Virus record (IMG/VR): IMGVR_UViG_3300023110_000006 | Source: a virus | Length of the DNA: 64,000 bases | Reading direction: 5' to 3' (one strand) | Shown: positions 1-10,710 of the stretch, one piece after another | How the letters are laid out: each line of letters opens with the position of its first letter | Position numbering within the stretch: the first letter of the stretch is position 1 | The notes under the pieces: generated by a model | The model's input: only the letters and a program-made list of their open reading frames with translations | What the model was told of the DNA's origin: nothing | Database searches by the model: none | Program-made: the position numbers and the translations under genes

Positions 1-825
1 GCACCAGGAAATGGTGCTGTAACAATTGACTCTTGGGGCGCAGGAGGATCAGGGGCTAGAATGTGTTGTTGTGGAGGAGGACTTCCAGGCAATGCGGCGG
101 CATTTACTCGAAAAGAAATAAGCATGAATGCAGGACAAAGAATTTGTGGCTGTATTGGTAAGTCTTGTGGTAATGCAAGTTCTTTATGTTTTAGAGGATG
201 TTCAGAACCTACTATGTACTGTTGGTTCTCTACAGGAAGCAATGGTTGTGTATGTACACAAGGTGGAAGAGGTGGAATTAGTTTTTGTTCAACTTCTCCA
301 AGTTTGTATTGTTGCTATAGAGCAAATGGTTTTTGTGCAACAAACAGAGGTCCAAACTGTGGACTAGTATGTAACCAGTGTTCAGGTGCTTTCTTAGCTT
401 GTAGTTACGGTGGTGATATTAACAGATGTGGTTGTATTAGTTGTTCTAGTTTCTTAGGATGTTATCCACAGTGTACATGTATGCACTATTATCACGTAGC
501 ACTACCAGCATATGTAATGGGTAAAGATGGTACTATTGTTACATACGCAACAGAAGAAAATAATCCTTATTCAAGATGGTCAGGTATGGGAGCTCACCAA
601 TATGTAAACGCTCTTAACGCGGCAAGTAGAATGCCAAGTATGGGTGTATATCATGCTTCATGTTGGATGGGTAACAGAGCATGTCAGTGTTACGATATGT
701 TAGGTTGTCAGCACCAAGTACCATACGGATCGGGCGGTCCTGCGGCAAATCCATGTCCAGGTGTTAGAGACCACGGATGGCGCGGCGGCGACGGCGCAGT
801 TCGTATTAAATACGTCGAAAGCTAA
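1..825 (+). CDS. Cys-rich, Gly-rich virion fibre/adhesin-like protein (5'-truncated by window edge)
   Basis: Frame is open from base 1 (APGNGAVTIDSWGAGGSGARMCCC...). Paralogous to 22132 and 23098, with the same WGAGGSG...GN.G and GG.GAVRIKY ends. 30 Cys in the last 254 aa. Confidence 0.7.
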   Translation, partial: APGNGAVTIDSWGAGGSGARMCCCGGGLPGNAAAFTRKEISMNAGQRICGCIGKSCGNASSLCFRGCSEPTMYCWFSTGSNGCVCTQGGRGGISFCSTSPSLYCCYRANGFCATNRGPNCGLVCNQCSGAFLACSYGGDINRCGCISCSSFLGCYPQCTCMHYYHVALPAYVMGKDGTIVTYATEENNPYSRWSGMGAHQYVNALNAASRMPSMGVYHASCWMGNRACQCYDMLGCQHQVPYGSGGPAANPCPGVRDHGWRGGDGAVRIKYVES

Positions 826-837
826 TAATCTATTACC

Positions 838-845
838 GATAAATA
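838..845 (+). promoter_or_regulatory. T4-type late promoter motif GATAAATA
   Basis: Intergenic, upstream of SD (GAGG) and ATG 868; same core recurs before most structural genes. Confidence 0.7.
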
Positions 846-867
846 CTGTGTCTAAAGAGGAATCCAC

Positions 868-3800
868 ATGGCACAAGTAGGTCGTATATCCGGACCATTA
901 TTAACTGCAAATTTAGAACGTCAAGGAAAAAATCTTGATTTTAGGAATGCATCTAATAGTGTTCCTACTCTTAAACTTGATGTTAATACAAACAAAATAG
1001 GTGTAAATTTATCTGCGCCTGCATTTGATTTAGATGTTAATTCTACAATTAATGCACCCTTAGTAAGATTGCAATCTTACCAAACCGGTAATTTATCGGT
1101 TAGCGGACAAACTATTCAAGCTCTATCAGGAAATTTAGTTTTCGATGATGATGTTTATACTTCAAGAGCAAGAACACAGCAAATAGATATCCATAATAAT
1201 ACTATAAGCACATATGTTACAAATGCAAATTTAAATTTTCTTCCTAACGGCACAGGAACAATTGAACTACAATCTACTACGAATGTAACAGGAAGTTTAC
1301 ACGCTACCGGCGATATTACAATAGGCGGCAATTTAACAATTGGCGATAGTAATCAAGATACAATTACTTTAAACAGTGATGTTGACAGTGATGTTATACC
1401 TGTATTTGATAGTGCATTTGATTTAGGTAAAGATTATTTAGATTCGTCCCAACACAAAAGTTGGCAAAATCTTCATGTAAACGACTTAACAACAAATATA
1501 TTAACAGTTACACAAGCAACAATTGATAATATAGATTTTACCTTACGTGCTGGAAATATATTTTATGTAAGTTCTTTAGGTTCAGATACAAATAAAGGTG
1601 ATCATCCACAATCTCAATTTTTAACTATACGCAGAGCACTTGAAGCCGCAGATAGTAGTGCAAGTGGACCTACAATAATCCACGTTGCTCCAGGCGACTA
1701 TGCTGAACAACTTCCGTTAGAAATACCTGCAAATACATCTATATTAGGACATGAGCTTAGAAACGTAACTATATTTCCTGACACTAACAGTCAAAGCGAA
1801 GATGTGTTTTTAATCGACGGCGATACAACTATTGAAAATATTACAATTAAAGATTTTTATTATGATAGTGTAAACGACAAAGGCTACGCTATTAGATTTA
1901 AACCAAACGCAACAGTTACAAATAGAAGTCCTTACTTTAGGAATATTACTGTGCTTACAAAAGGATCAACAACTTCTGCAACTGATCCTAGAGGTTATAA
2001 TGCAGGCGATGCAGGAAGAGCTATACTTGCAGATGGTGCAAGTGTTACAGCAAACTCTGAAGAAGCAAGTATGTTGTTTCATGCCTTTACTGCAATTACA
2101 CCTGGAGCACAAGCAGTTACATTTACTAATGGTGTAAGAATTGAATGGTTGAACAGTTTTATCTACTTTGCAGAAACAGGTATTAAGTTAGAAAATGGAC
2201 TTACCGGACATCTAAGCACAGATGGTAGCACAGTAAAATACGGTGCTGAAATGAGATGTATTGGTAGTGCAAACGTATACGGTAATAAAGGAATAATTGC
2301 TGACGGTAATGATTGCGTAGCATATTTGATCGATCATAATTTTGCATATATAGGAAATAATGAAGAAGTTGATAATGATAAAACTACCGTTATACAATCA
2401 AACGAAGTTACAGAATTAAACAATGGTAAAGTACTTTTTTCAAGTATAGATCATAACGGTGATTTAAGAGTAGGAAGTGCGTTATATGTAAATCAAGAAA
2501 CAGGTGAAGTTGATATTAGCAGTGCTAATTTTGATTTTAGTGGAGTTGATCAATTAGTTGTAAGAACTGAAGGCAGTAGTGTTACTATAGATAGCACACA
2601 AGTACGTACTGATTTTATACGATTCCAAAATAATATGATGGAATCAGTAGTTGGTGAATTAAACATCACAAGTCCACAAAGCGTAAACATAAATGCCAAT
2701 ACAAACATTACAGGTAATCTAGGTATAACAGGAAATATTACAATAGGTGGAGAACTTATTACTTTTGGTGATGCAGACACAGATAGCATAGATTTAAGTG
2801 CAGATTTAGTAAGTAATATAATTCCTAATTTTCATAACACATATAGTTTAGGTTCAACTACAAAAAGCTGGTCTAGATTATTTGCAGATCAATTAGACTT
2901 AGACGAAATTCAAATTAGTGGTAATAATATTATTACTAATAATACAAACAGTGATTTATTAATAAATCCAGCAGGTACAGGGCAAACTACTTTTAATAAT
3001 CTAGAAGTTGGTACAGATAGTACAGCAGGAACAGTCGATCTTAATGGAGCACAAACATTTAATAATGATTTGAATGTCAATGCATCAACAACATTTACAG
3101 GTGATATAGTTTCCAACAAAAATACAACTTTTAATACTGTAACTACAACAAGTGTTGATGCACAAGGAATGGCAAATTTTGAAGGTGTTGCAATACTTGG
3201 TAATAAAATAACATCAACAGAAAGTGATAGTAATTTAGAATTCCGTCCAAACGGAACAGGTAAAATTATAATTAACACCGATGTTGATGCAACAAATATT
3301 CAAGCACCTACTGCAAATTACAGTTTTGATAGTGCTACAATGACATCAAGTAGTGGCGAAAGATTAATTACAAATAATTATGATGTCGAAAATCAAATCA
3401 TTGGTGATATAAAAATTGAAGGTAACAGAATTGATACTATAAGCACAAATGCAGATTTAGAATTTAGAGCAAACGGTACAGGTACAGTAATTTTACAAGA
3501 AAATGTTAATGTAACTAATGATATTTCTACCAGCAGTACAGACTTTACAACAGCAACAGGACAAAGTGTAACAACAAATTATGCAACAGTAAACACAGGC
3601 TTTACTGCTCCAGGAAGCAGTATTGGTAGTATTAAATTACATGGAAATACCATTGAAACATTTGACAGTAATGCAGATTTAGAATTAAGAGCAAGTGGTA
3701 CAGGAACTGTACAGCTACAATCAAACACAACAATTCAAAGTAATTTATCAGGTACATCGTACAATCAAAATATTGCAAACTATACAAATGCAACATTTGA

Positions 3801-5121
3801 TGACATTACAATTACAAATAATGTTACAGCACCTACAAACATTCAAACTGAAACTGTAAGTTTTGTAGGTAATGCAATTACTACAAATGCAAGCAATAGT
3901 GATCTAGATTTAAGAGCAAGTGGTACCGGTATTGTAAAACTGCAAGAAGATGTACTAATAGAAAATAATTTAACAATCAATGGTGCAACAAGTTTTAATA
4001 TATCTAACGCAATTAATACAACTGTAAATGATGTAACTACAAATGATTTATACGCACCTACTACTGCAATGTTTGAACAAATACTTGTTAATGGAAACAG
4101 TATGCAAACGTATTTGTCAAATTCAGACTTTGTTTTCAAAGCATCTGGAACAGGAAATGTTGTTATCAATGATAGTGCAACAATAAACAATGCACTAACT
4201 ATTGATGGAATACTAACTGTAGGAGGTATTAATCTTAATGATGATATTGCTGTAAATCAATTAGAAATGAGCGGTAATATTTTCCTAGATGATAATTTTA
4301 TAACAACAACAGAATCAAACAGTAATTTAGAACTTAGAGCAAATGGTGCGGCACTTGTTGAATTACAAGACCTACGTTTTAAAGATAATGTGTTAGATAC
4401 AAAAACTGCTGATAGTACTGCGGCAGATATAATATTCCAGCCGGGAGATTATTTGCAAATAGACTCTACAGGAGATTTATTATTACCAAAGGGTAATTTA
4501 CCATTATATCAAGACGCTCAAATACACTATGATATAAACTTTGACAGCTTTGTCGGATACAGTAATAATGTACACAAAACATTGGGCGGTTTAGCAAGTG
4601 ATGATCAAAAAACTAGAGTGCTTGCAAACACATCTACAAATGGCTTAGAATTTTACATAAAAAATAATAAAATTGCTGACATGGGATATCCTAATTCTAC
4701 CACTTTCAATAGAGTAGAACTAGCAGGTATTGACATTGATGGAAACTTAATTACTTCAAATATTACTAATAGTGATTTGCTATTGTTGCCAGAACAAGGA
4801 ACTGGTGCAGTAACTATAGACAACTGGCGTTTTTTAGACAATAATATACAAATTACAGGCACCGATAATCATGGTGAATTTGCAGGTACAGGCGATGGTT
4901 ATGTTAAATTTGACGGTGTAAAAGGTGTTGTTATTCCTACAGGCGGAAGCGGAACTAGAGAGCCAAATCCAGAACAAGGACACATTAGATACAATACTTC
5001 ATTGGCATTTTTAGAAGTATATGACGGTGCATCTTGGGTAACATCGGCAGGTAGCGGCGCAGGTACAAGTGAAGCAGAAATGCAAGAAATTATGAATGAA
5101 TACATTCTAATCTTTGGGTAA
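868..5121 (+). CDS. Large tail-fibre/appendage protein with pectin-lyase-like beta-helix and ~9 I(T)TxxSNxDLELRAxGTG repeats
   Basis: 1417 aa, T/N/D/G-rich; paralogue of 5258 (shared GRISGPLL N-terminus, RSPYxRNxTVLTKGS, GYxKFxGxKGVVIP C-terminus). Confidence 0.7.
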   Translation: MAQVGRISGPLLTANLERQGKNLDFRNASNSVPTLKLDVNTNKIGVNLSAPAFDLDVNSTINAPLVRLQSYQTGNLSVSGQTIQALSGNLVFDDDVYTSRARTQQIDIHNNTISTYVTNANLNFLPNGTGTIELQSTTNVTGSLHATGDITIGGNLTIGDSNQDTITLNSDVDSDVIPVFDSAFDLGKDYLDSSQHKSWQNLHVNDLTTNILTVTQATIDNIDFTLRAGNIFYVSSLGSDTNKGDHPQSQFLTIRRALEAADSSASGPTIIHVAPGDYAEQLPLEIPANTSILGHELRNVTIFPDTNSQSEDVFLIDGDTTIENITIKDFYYDSVNDKGYAIRFKPNATVTNRSPYFRNITVLTKGSTTSATDPRGYNAGDAGRAILADGASVTANSEEASMLFHAFTAITPGAQAVTFTNGVRIEWLNSFIYFAETGIKLENGLTGHLSTDGSTVKYGAEMRCIGSANVYGNKGIIADGNDCVAYLIDHNFAYIGNNEEVDNDKTTVIQSNEVTELNNGKVLFSSIDHNGDLRVGSALYVNQETGEVDISSANFDFSGVDQLVVRTEGSSVTIDSTQVRTDFIRFQNNMMESVVGELNITSPQSVNINANTNITGNLGITGNITIGGELITFGDADTDSIDLSADLVSNIIPNFHNTYSLGSTTKSWSRLFADQLDLDEIQISGNNIITNNTNSDLLINPAGTGQTTFNNLEVGTDSTAGTVDLNGAQTFNNDLNVNASTTFTGDIVSNKNTTFNTVTTTSVDAQGMANFEGVAILGNKITSTESDSNLEFRPNGTGKIIINTDVDATNIQAPTANYSFDSATMTSSSGERLITNNYDVENQIIGDIKIEGNRIDTISTNADLEFRANGTGTVILQENVNVTNDISTSSTDFTTATGQSVTTNYATVNTGFTAPGSSIGSIKLHGNTIETFDSNADLELRASGTGTVQLQSNTTIQSNLSGTSYNQNIANYTNATFDDITITNNVTAPTNIQTETVSFVGNAITTNASNSDLDLRASGTGIVKLQEDVLIENNLTINGATSFNISNAINTTVNDVTTNDLYAPTTAMFEQILVNGNSMQTYLSNSDFVFKASGTGNVVINDSATINNALTIDGILTVGGINLNDDIAVNQLEMSGNIFLDDNFITTTESNSNLELRANGAALVELQDLRFKDNVLDTKTADSTAADIIFQPGDYLQIDSTGDLLLPKGNLPLYQDAQIHYDINFDSFVGYSNNVHKTLGGLASDDQKTRVLANTSTNGLEFYIKNNKIADMGYPNSTTFNRVELAGIDIDGNLITSNITNSDLLLLPEQGTGAVTIDNWRFLDNNIQITGTDNHGEFAGTGDGYVKFDGVKGVVIPTGGSGTREPNPEQGHIRYNTSLAFLEVYDGASWVTSAGSGAGTSEAEMQEIMNEYILIFG

Positions 5122-5143
5122 GCTGTACATTATTTCATAATCA

Positions 5144-5151
5144 CATAAATA
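5144..5151 (+). promoter_or_regulatory. Late promoter motif CATAAATA
   Basis: Intergenic, about 105 nt upstream of ATG 5258. Confidence 0.6.
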
Positions 5152-5158
5152 CATTATA

Positions 5159-5250
5159 TAACATTAAATCAGACCTAAAATTTGATGTTATCATACTGTG
5201 GTCAACCCGCAATGTAAGGTGGTTGGTGGCACAAGATGCCCGTATTGAGG
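5159..5250 (+). ncRNA. Putative structured cis-regulatory 5' leader RNA
   Basis: 11-bp stem 5159-5169/5180-5190 (one G-U), then a GC-richer multi-stem domain 5191-5248 whose closing stem reaches the SD. Confidence 0.45.
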
Positions 5251-5257
5251 AGAAGAG

Positions 5258-8200
5258 ATGGCTGTAGGTCGCATATCCGGTCCGCTCTTAAAGTCAAATC
5301 TCGTTAGAAACGGGATTGACCTGGCTTTTGAGACGGATCTTCTATATTTGGATGTCAACAACTCGCGAGTTGGAATTAACACCAGCAATCCACAATACGA
5401 TTTAGAAGTTAACGGCACAATTAGAGCAGACAATCTAATAGCAGATAATGTTATTGTTGACTCTCTTACATTTGAAAACAACAATATTTCAAGTGATACG
5501 GATATTATTAATCTAGGTACAGCTGACAATGTTGTTTATCAAAACAAACTTGTTGTAAACAGTATTGAAATTAACGATAATACTATTAGAGTAATCGACA
5601 GTAATGCAAATTTAGAATTAGATGCCTCTGGTACAGGAACAATAGAATTACTTGCAGATACTAACGTAAGCGGTAATTTAAATGTTACAGGAAATGTAAC
5701 AACAGATGGTAATATTACTTTAGGTGACTCTGCAACAGATAGTATTGATTTTAATGCTGAACTAGCAAGTGATCTAATTCCAAATATCAATGACACATAT
5801 AGTTTAGGTACACCAACAAAAAGATGGAATGCTGGTTATATACAAAGTGTAAATGCTAGTAATATTACAACTGATACACTGTCAGTTGATGGTATAGATT
5901 TACAAACTAGATACGGAAACATAGTTTATGTTGCAGAAAATGGTGACAATGCTAACACAGGAACGCACCCGCAAGATCCAGTAGCAACTATTGAAAAAGC
6001 ATTACAAGTTGTTACTGCTGGAGACACAGTGCATATTATGCCAGGAGTGTATCAAGAAAGACTTCCGTTAGTAGTACCAGCAGGAGTAACAGTAAAAGGT
6101 CATAGTTTAAGAAGTGTTACAGTTCGACCTGATAGTGTTGACTCTGAAGATGTATTTCATTTAAATGGTGAAACTACAGTTGAAGATTTAACAATACAAG
6201 ATTTTTACTATAACAGCGGAACAGATGTTGGATATGCTTTTAGATTTGCACCAAACTTTGAAGTTACATCTCGTAGCCCATATATTAGAAACGTAACAGT
6301 TTTAACAAAAGGTAGTGTAACAAACGCTAGTGATCCTAGAGGATTTAATCAAGGTGACGCAGGTAAAGGTGCATATTTAGATGGTAGTGTCGCAACAGCA
6401 AATTCAAAAGAAGCAAGCGTTTTATTCCATGCTGTAACTTTTATTACTCCTGGAGTTGACGCATTGACTATTACAAACGGAGTAAGAGTTGAATGGTTAA
6501 ATTCGTTTACATACTTTGCAAATAAAGGTATAAATGCAATTAACGGCGCTACTGGCCTCAAAGGCGCAGGTCAAACAGCAATTAGAGTTAGTGACCTAGA
6601 CGGTTCGTTTAGTGCAGGAGAAACTTTTACTCTAAGCAGTGTTGACGGTAGTACTGTTTTAGCAACAGGAACTATTGCAGACAAAGATACAGATGGTAAA
6701 TTTTATATAAACGGTAATCTTACAAACTTAACTGAAAGAACACTAAGACTAAAGAAAATAATTGGATTCAAAGGCGGCGCAGTTTTACAAACAGCAAACA
6801 AAAAATTTGGTTCAAGTAGTTTATTTTTAGACGGTGTTGACAGTTACATTTCTATTACAGCTAATGAAGATTTTGGTTTTGCACAAGGAGATTTCACATT
6901 AGAATGTTGGATCGATCCAGATACAGTAACTGGTAATCAAACTATATTTGACCTAAGAGCAGGAGTTGCTGGAGACTTTACACCCCATGTATTCTTAGAC
7001 GGATCTACATTAAAGTATGCAACAGCTGACACAACTAGAATACAAGGCGGCACAATTACTACAGGTTCTTGGCAACACATTGCGGTTAGTAGATTTAATG
7101 GATGGACAAGACTGTATTTGAATGGCACACAAGTTGGAGTAACTTATAGAGATCTTACAAACTATGGAGATATTAAGCCAACTAAAATTGGCGGCAATTA
7201 TCTAGGACAAAATTTATTTACAGGACACATTGACGATATAAGAATTAGCAACAGTTCTCGCTATGCTACAGGAACTTATACAGTACCTACATCACAACAG
7301 GTTGGTGATGCAAACACTGTGTTTATGACACATTTCGACGGTGCTAATGGTGCAACTGAATTAGAAGAAGATGTAAAAGAAAGACAAACAATTTCTTTTA
7401 GTGGCGGCGCAACTGCAAACTATGTAGAACTTGCAGACTTTACAGATTTTGGTGGAGAAATTAGGAGTATAGGAAGTGCTAACATATATGGCAACTATGG
7501 AGCGTATGGCGACGGAAACGGCGTTATAATGTATCTAATAGGCCATAATTTTGCATACATTGGTAACGGAAAAGAAGTAACTAACGATGAAACAACTGTT
7601 ATACAAGCTAATGAGACTACAGAACTTAATAATGCAAAAGTAAGATATACAAGCGTTGATCACAGAGGTGATTTTAGAGTAGGCGATAGTTTTTATGTAG
7701 ATCAAGAAACAGGACAAGTTGTGTTTAATGCGGCAACATTAGATGTTGTTACACCTAATGGATTAACATTCACAACAGGCGGAGATACTACTTTTGTTGA
7801 TGGTACTAAAATAGAAACTGGTGATTTTAGAATAAGCGGAAACACTATAGAAACTCTTACACAAGATTTTGACATTGATAGTGCAACAAATATTGTTAAT
7901 ATACAAACCAACACAAACATATCTGGTAATTTAGATGTTACTGGAAATGTAACAGTAGGTGGTAATGTAACAATTGGTGATGAAGATACTGATTCAATTA
8001 ATATTAATGCTGATGTTGACAGTAATATTACACCTAATATTGATGCAACATATGATTTAGGATCTGATGCAAAACGTTGGAAAAATGTTTACGCAAATAA
8101 CTTTGACAATGGTAATATTAAAATTGAAGGCAATCAAATTATTTCAACAGAAAGTAATAGCGATATTGAGATAAATGCATCAGGTACAGGCAATGTTGTT

Positions 8201-10366
8201 ATTGACAGTGATTTACAGGTAACAGGAAATACAGCATATGATGGTGCAGTTACAATCAACAGTGATGTACAAATTACAGGTCAATCAACATTTGACGGAG
8301 ATATTGTACAAACGTCCGGTTCAATTAATATTAATCAAAGTTTGACTGTAGCAGATACTTTAACAGTTTCAGGACAAGCTGATTTTGAAAATATACAGAT
8401 TGCTGGCAATGTTGTTCAAACAACAGAAAGCAACAGTGACTTAGAACTATCAGCCGCAGGAACAGGAAAGGTTATTTTTCCTGATAGTGATTTAGAAATT
8501 GGCGGAGACTTAACAGTTACTGGCACTACTACTTTTAATAACCTAGCGGCGACTGGTACAATTACTACAGATACTCTAGTTGCTAATACAGCAACAATAA
8601 ATGGCCAAGCTAACTTTGAAGATATAGAAATTAACGATAATTATATTACTACAACTCAAAGTAATAGTAATTTAGAGTTACGTGCGGCAGGTACAGGACA
8701 AATATTAATACCTGACAATAATGTTAACATTACTAATGATTTAAATGTAGACGGAACTATTACCTTTAACAATAGTTCAGGTAATTTTTTAACTACAGAT
8801 AGATTGACTGTAAATGATTTGTTAACTATTAATGGTCAAGCACAATTCGAAGATATAGAAATAAACGACAACTATATTACAACAACATTGTCAAACAGTG
8901 ACTTGGAATTAAGAACAAGTGGTACTGGTCAAATTGTTTTACAAGAAGATGTTACTATAACTGGAAATTTAACAGTAGACGGAACCACAACATTTACCGG
9001 AAGCGTTACTGGAACAACAGCTACTATTGATAACTTGACTATCAACAATAACATGACTATACAAGGTCAAATTAATTTTGATAATATTGAAATCAATGAC
9101 AATTACATTACAACTACAGAAAGTAATAGTGATTTAGAATTAAGAGCAAATGGAACAGGACAAGTTATAGTTCCAGATAACAATGTTGAAATTACAAATG
9201 ATTTAAATGTTTTAGGAACAACTACAGTCCAAGATATTACAGGTACAAATATTACTACTGACATTCTTAATGTAAATGATACTTTAACTGTAGACGGGAA
9301 AGCAGATTTTGATGATATAGTTATTCAAGGTAACACTATACAAACTACACAATCAAATAGTGATTTAGAATTATCTGCAAGCGGGACTGGACAAGTTGTT
9401 ATACCTAATAACGATGTAGTTATAAATCAAAATCTTACTGTTTTAGGTGACATAAGTGCAAGTGGATTGCAATCACAAGGTAGAGTAACAGCAAACAGTT
9501 TCTTCACAGGGGACTTGTTAATTGATGACAATTTTATTACAACTACCCTAAGCAACAGTGATTTAGAATTAAGAGCAAACGGAACTGGTAGTATTGTAAT
9601 AGATGATTACAGTTTTAATAACAATATTATGTCGACTACAGGAACAATGGTTATTAGTCCTGCAAGTGGCACTTTGGAAATAGACAGTACAGATAGTATT
9701 ATACTACCAAACGGTGACACATCACAAAGAAATGCAACACCGCAAACTGGTATGATTAGATACAACAATCAAACAAATAATTTTGAAGGCTACAACGGAA
9801 ATTGGGTAAATTTAGACGAAGGTGTTGTAGACAGTGACGGAGATACAAAAATAACAGCTGAACTTACTCCTGGTGCAAATGATGATGTAATTAGATTCTA
9901 CAACGCAGGCGTATTGACAGCAGATCTTACTGCAACTAGATTTAGTACAACTAAACTTATTGTAGATGATTTAGAGTTCGAAGATAATACCATAAAAACG
10001 ATAACTACTAATAGTGATTTGCAGTTATCGGGCAACGGTACAGGCGGTGTTGTCATCGATAACTTCCAAATAAAAGACTCAACTATATTAAATACAGTAA
10101 CAGATAATGTTACGGTTTTTGACTCTAATGCAAACGGATACTTTAAGTTTGCAGGAACAAAAGGTGTTGTTATACCAGTTGGAGACAACTTAAACAGACC
10201 TGCTTTTGTTAATTCAGAAACTGGTATGTTAAGGTACAATACAGCTGATGAAAGAGTTGAGATTTTTGATGGTACAAACTGGACAAGTGTCGCAGGTAGT
10301 GCTAGTGGTATTAGTAGAAACGATGCTGAAGCGATTGCTTTAGAATATGTATTAGTGTTAGGATAA
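5258..10366 (+). CDS. Large tail-fibre/appendage protein with beta-helix, LamG/concanavalin-A-like lectin domain and ~9 SNSDLELRAxGTG repeats
   Basis: 1702 aa; LamG motifs DFTLECWI, WQHIAVSR, LYLNG, FTGHIDDIRIS; SD GAGGAG. Confidence 0.75.
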   Translation: MAVGRISGPLLKSNLVRNGIDLAFETDLLYLDVNNSRVGINTSNPQYDLEVNGTIRADNLIADNVIVDSLTFENNNISSDTDIINLGTADNVVYQNKLVVNSIEINDNTIRVIDSNANLELDASGTGTIELLADTNVSGNLNVTGNVTTDGNITLGDSATDSIDFNAELASDLIPNINDTYSLGTPTKRWNAGYIQSVNASNITTDTLSVDGIDLQTRYGNIVYVAENGDNANTGTHPQDPVATIEKALQVVTAGDTVHIMPGVYQERLPLVVPAGVTVKGHSLRSVTVRPDSVDSEDVFHLNGETTVEDLTIQDFYYNSGTDVGYAFRFAPNFEVTSRSPYIRNVTVLTKGSVTNASDPRGFNQGDAGKGAYLDGSVATANSKEASVLFHAVTFITPGVDALTITNGVRVEWLNSFTYFANKGINAINGATGLKGAGQTAIRVSDLDGSFSAGETFTLSSVDGSTVLATGTIADKDTDGKFYINGNLTNLTERTLRLKKIIGFKGGAVLQTANKKFGSSSLFLDGVDSYISITANEDFGFAQGDFTLECWIDPDTVTGNQTIFDLRAGVAGDFTPHVFLDGSTLKYATADTTRIQGGTITTGSWQHIAVSRFNGWTRLYLNGTQVGVTYRDLTNYGDIKPTKIGGNYLGQNLFTGHIDDIRISNSSRYATGTYTVPTSQQVGDANTVFMTHFDGANGATELEEDVKERQTISFSGGATANYVELADFTDFGGEIRSIGSANIYGNYGAYGDGNGVIMYLIGHNFAYIGNGKEVTNDETTVIQANETTELNNAKVRYTSVDHRGDFRVGDSFYVDQETGQVVFNAATLDVVTPNGLTFTTGGDTTFVDGTKIETGDFRISGNTIETLTQDFDIDSATNIVNIQTNTNISGNLDVTGNVTVGGNVTIGDEDTDSININADVDSNITPNIDATYDLGSDAKRWKNVYANNFDNGNIKIEGNQIISTESNSDIEINASGTGNVVIDSDLQVTGNTAYDGAVTINSDVQITGQSTFDGDIVQTSGSININQSLTVADTLTVSGQADFENIQIAGNVVQTTESNSDLELSAAGTGKVIFPDSDLEIGGDLTVTGTTTFNNLAATGTITTDTLVANTATINGQANFEDIEINDNYITTTQSNSNLELRAAGTGQILIPDNNVNITNDLNVDGTITFNNSSGNFLTTDRLTVNDLLTINGQAQFEDIEINDNYITTTLSNSDLELRTSGTGQIVLQEDVTITGNLTVDGTTTFTGSVTGTTATIDNLTINNNMTIQGQINFDNIEINDNYITTTESNSDLELRANGTGQVIVPDNNVEITNDLNVLGTTTVQDITGTNITTDILNVNDTLTVDGKADFDDIVIQGNTIQTTQSNSDLELSASGTGQVVIPNNDVVINQNLTVLGDISASGLQSQGRVTANSFFTGDLLIDDNFITTTLSNSDLELRANGTGSIVIDDYSFNNNIMSTTGTMVISPASGTLEIDSTDSIILPNGDTSQRNATPQTGMIRYNNQTNNFEGYNGNWVNLDEGVVDSDGDTKITAELTPGANDDVIRFYNAGVLTADLTATRFSTTKLIVDDLEFEDNTIKTITTNSDLQLSGNGTGGVVIDNFQIKDSTILNTVTDNVTVFDSNANGYFKFAGTKGVVIPVGDNLNRPAFVNSETGMLRYNTADERVEIFDGTNWTSVAGSASGISRNDAEAIALEYVLVLG
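8380..9600 (+). repeat. Tandem ~78-aa protein repeats (DNYITTTxSNSDLELRAxGTG) within the 5258 CDS
   Basis: Six consecutive copies, mostly about 235 nt apart (last gap shorter); boundaries approximate. Confidence 0.75.
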
Positions 10367-10370
10367 GATA

Positions 10371-10700
10371 ATGGCAACATTTTTTAGACAAAAAATTATT
10401 AAAGACGTAGGCACACAAAAGATTGAAGTGTTTGAAGCCGCACCAGGAACAAATGCTACAATTATTGGTTTGAATTTAGCTAACACTTCAGAATTTGCTA
10501 TTCAAGCAAGTATATTAATTAGAGACGATACGAGTGTAGAAGCGTTTTATGTGAAAGATGTTATGATAGCACCCCAGACAGCTTTCAAAGCAATGATAGG
10601 TGGTGAAAAGGTTATTATACCAAGTGGATATTCAATACTTGTGCAGTCTGATCAAGATGATTCGATTGATGCAATCATAAGTTATGTGGATATTACGTAA
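10371..10700 (+). CDS. Small virion structural protein (beta-rich), distant paralogue of 21432
   Basis: 109 aa, directly after a fibre gene; similar pattern to 21432 (N.AN / N.CN strand, G..I.V.S near the C-terminus). Confidence 0.5.
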   Translation: MATFFRQKIIKDVGTQKIEVFEAAPGTNATIIGLNLANTSEFAIQASILIRDDTSVEAFYVKDVMIAPQTAFKAMIGGEKVIIPSGYSILVQSDQDDSIDAIISYVDIT

Positions 10701-10710
10701 GGAGTAAATT

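Noticed and set aside
5191-5529. 112-aa minus-strand ORF covering the structured leader
   Set aside because: Mostly antisense to 5258; the leader is better explained as RNA structure
8380-9600. Regularly spaced DNA similarity resembling a CRISPR array or DGR repeats
   Set aside because: In-frame protein repeats with synonymous divergence; no identical direct repeats, cas genes or reverse transcriptase in the window
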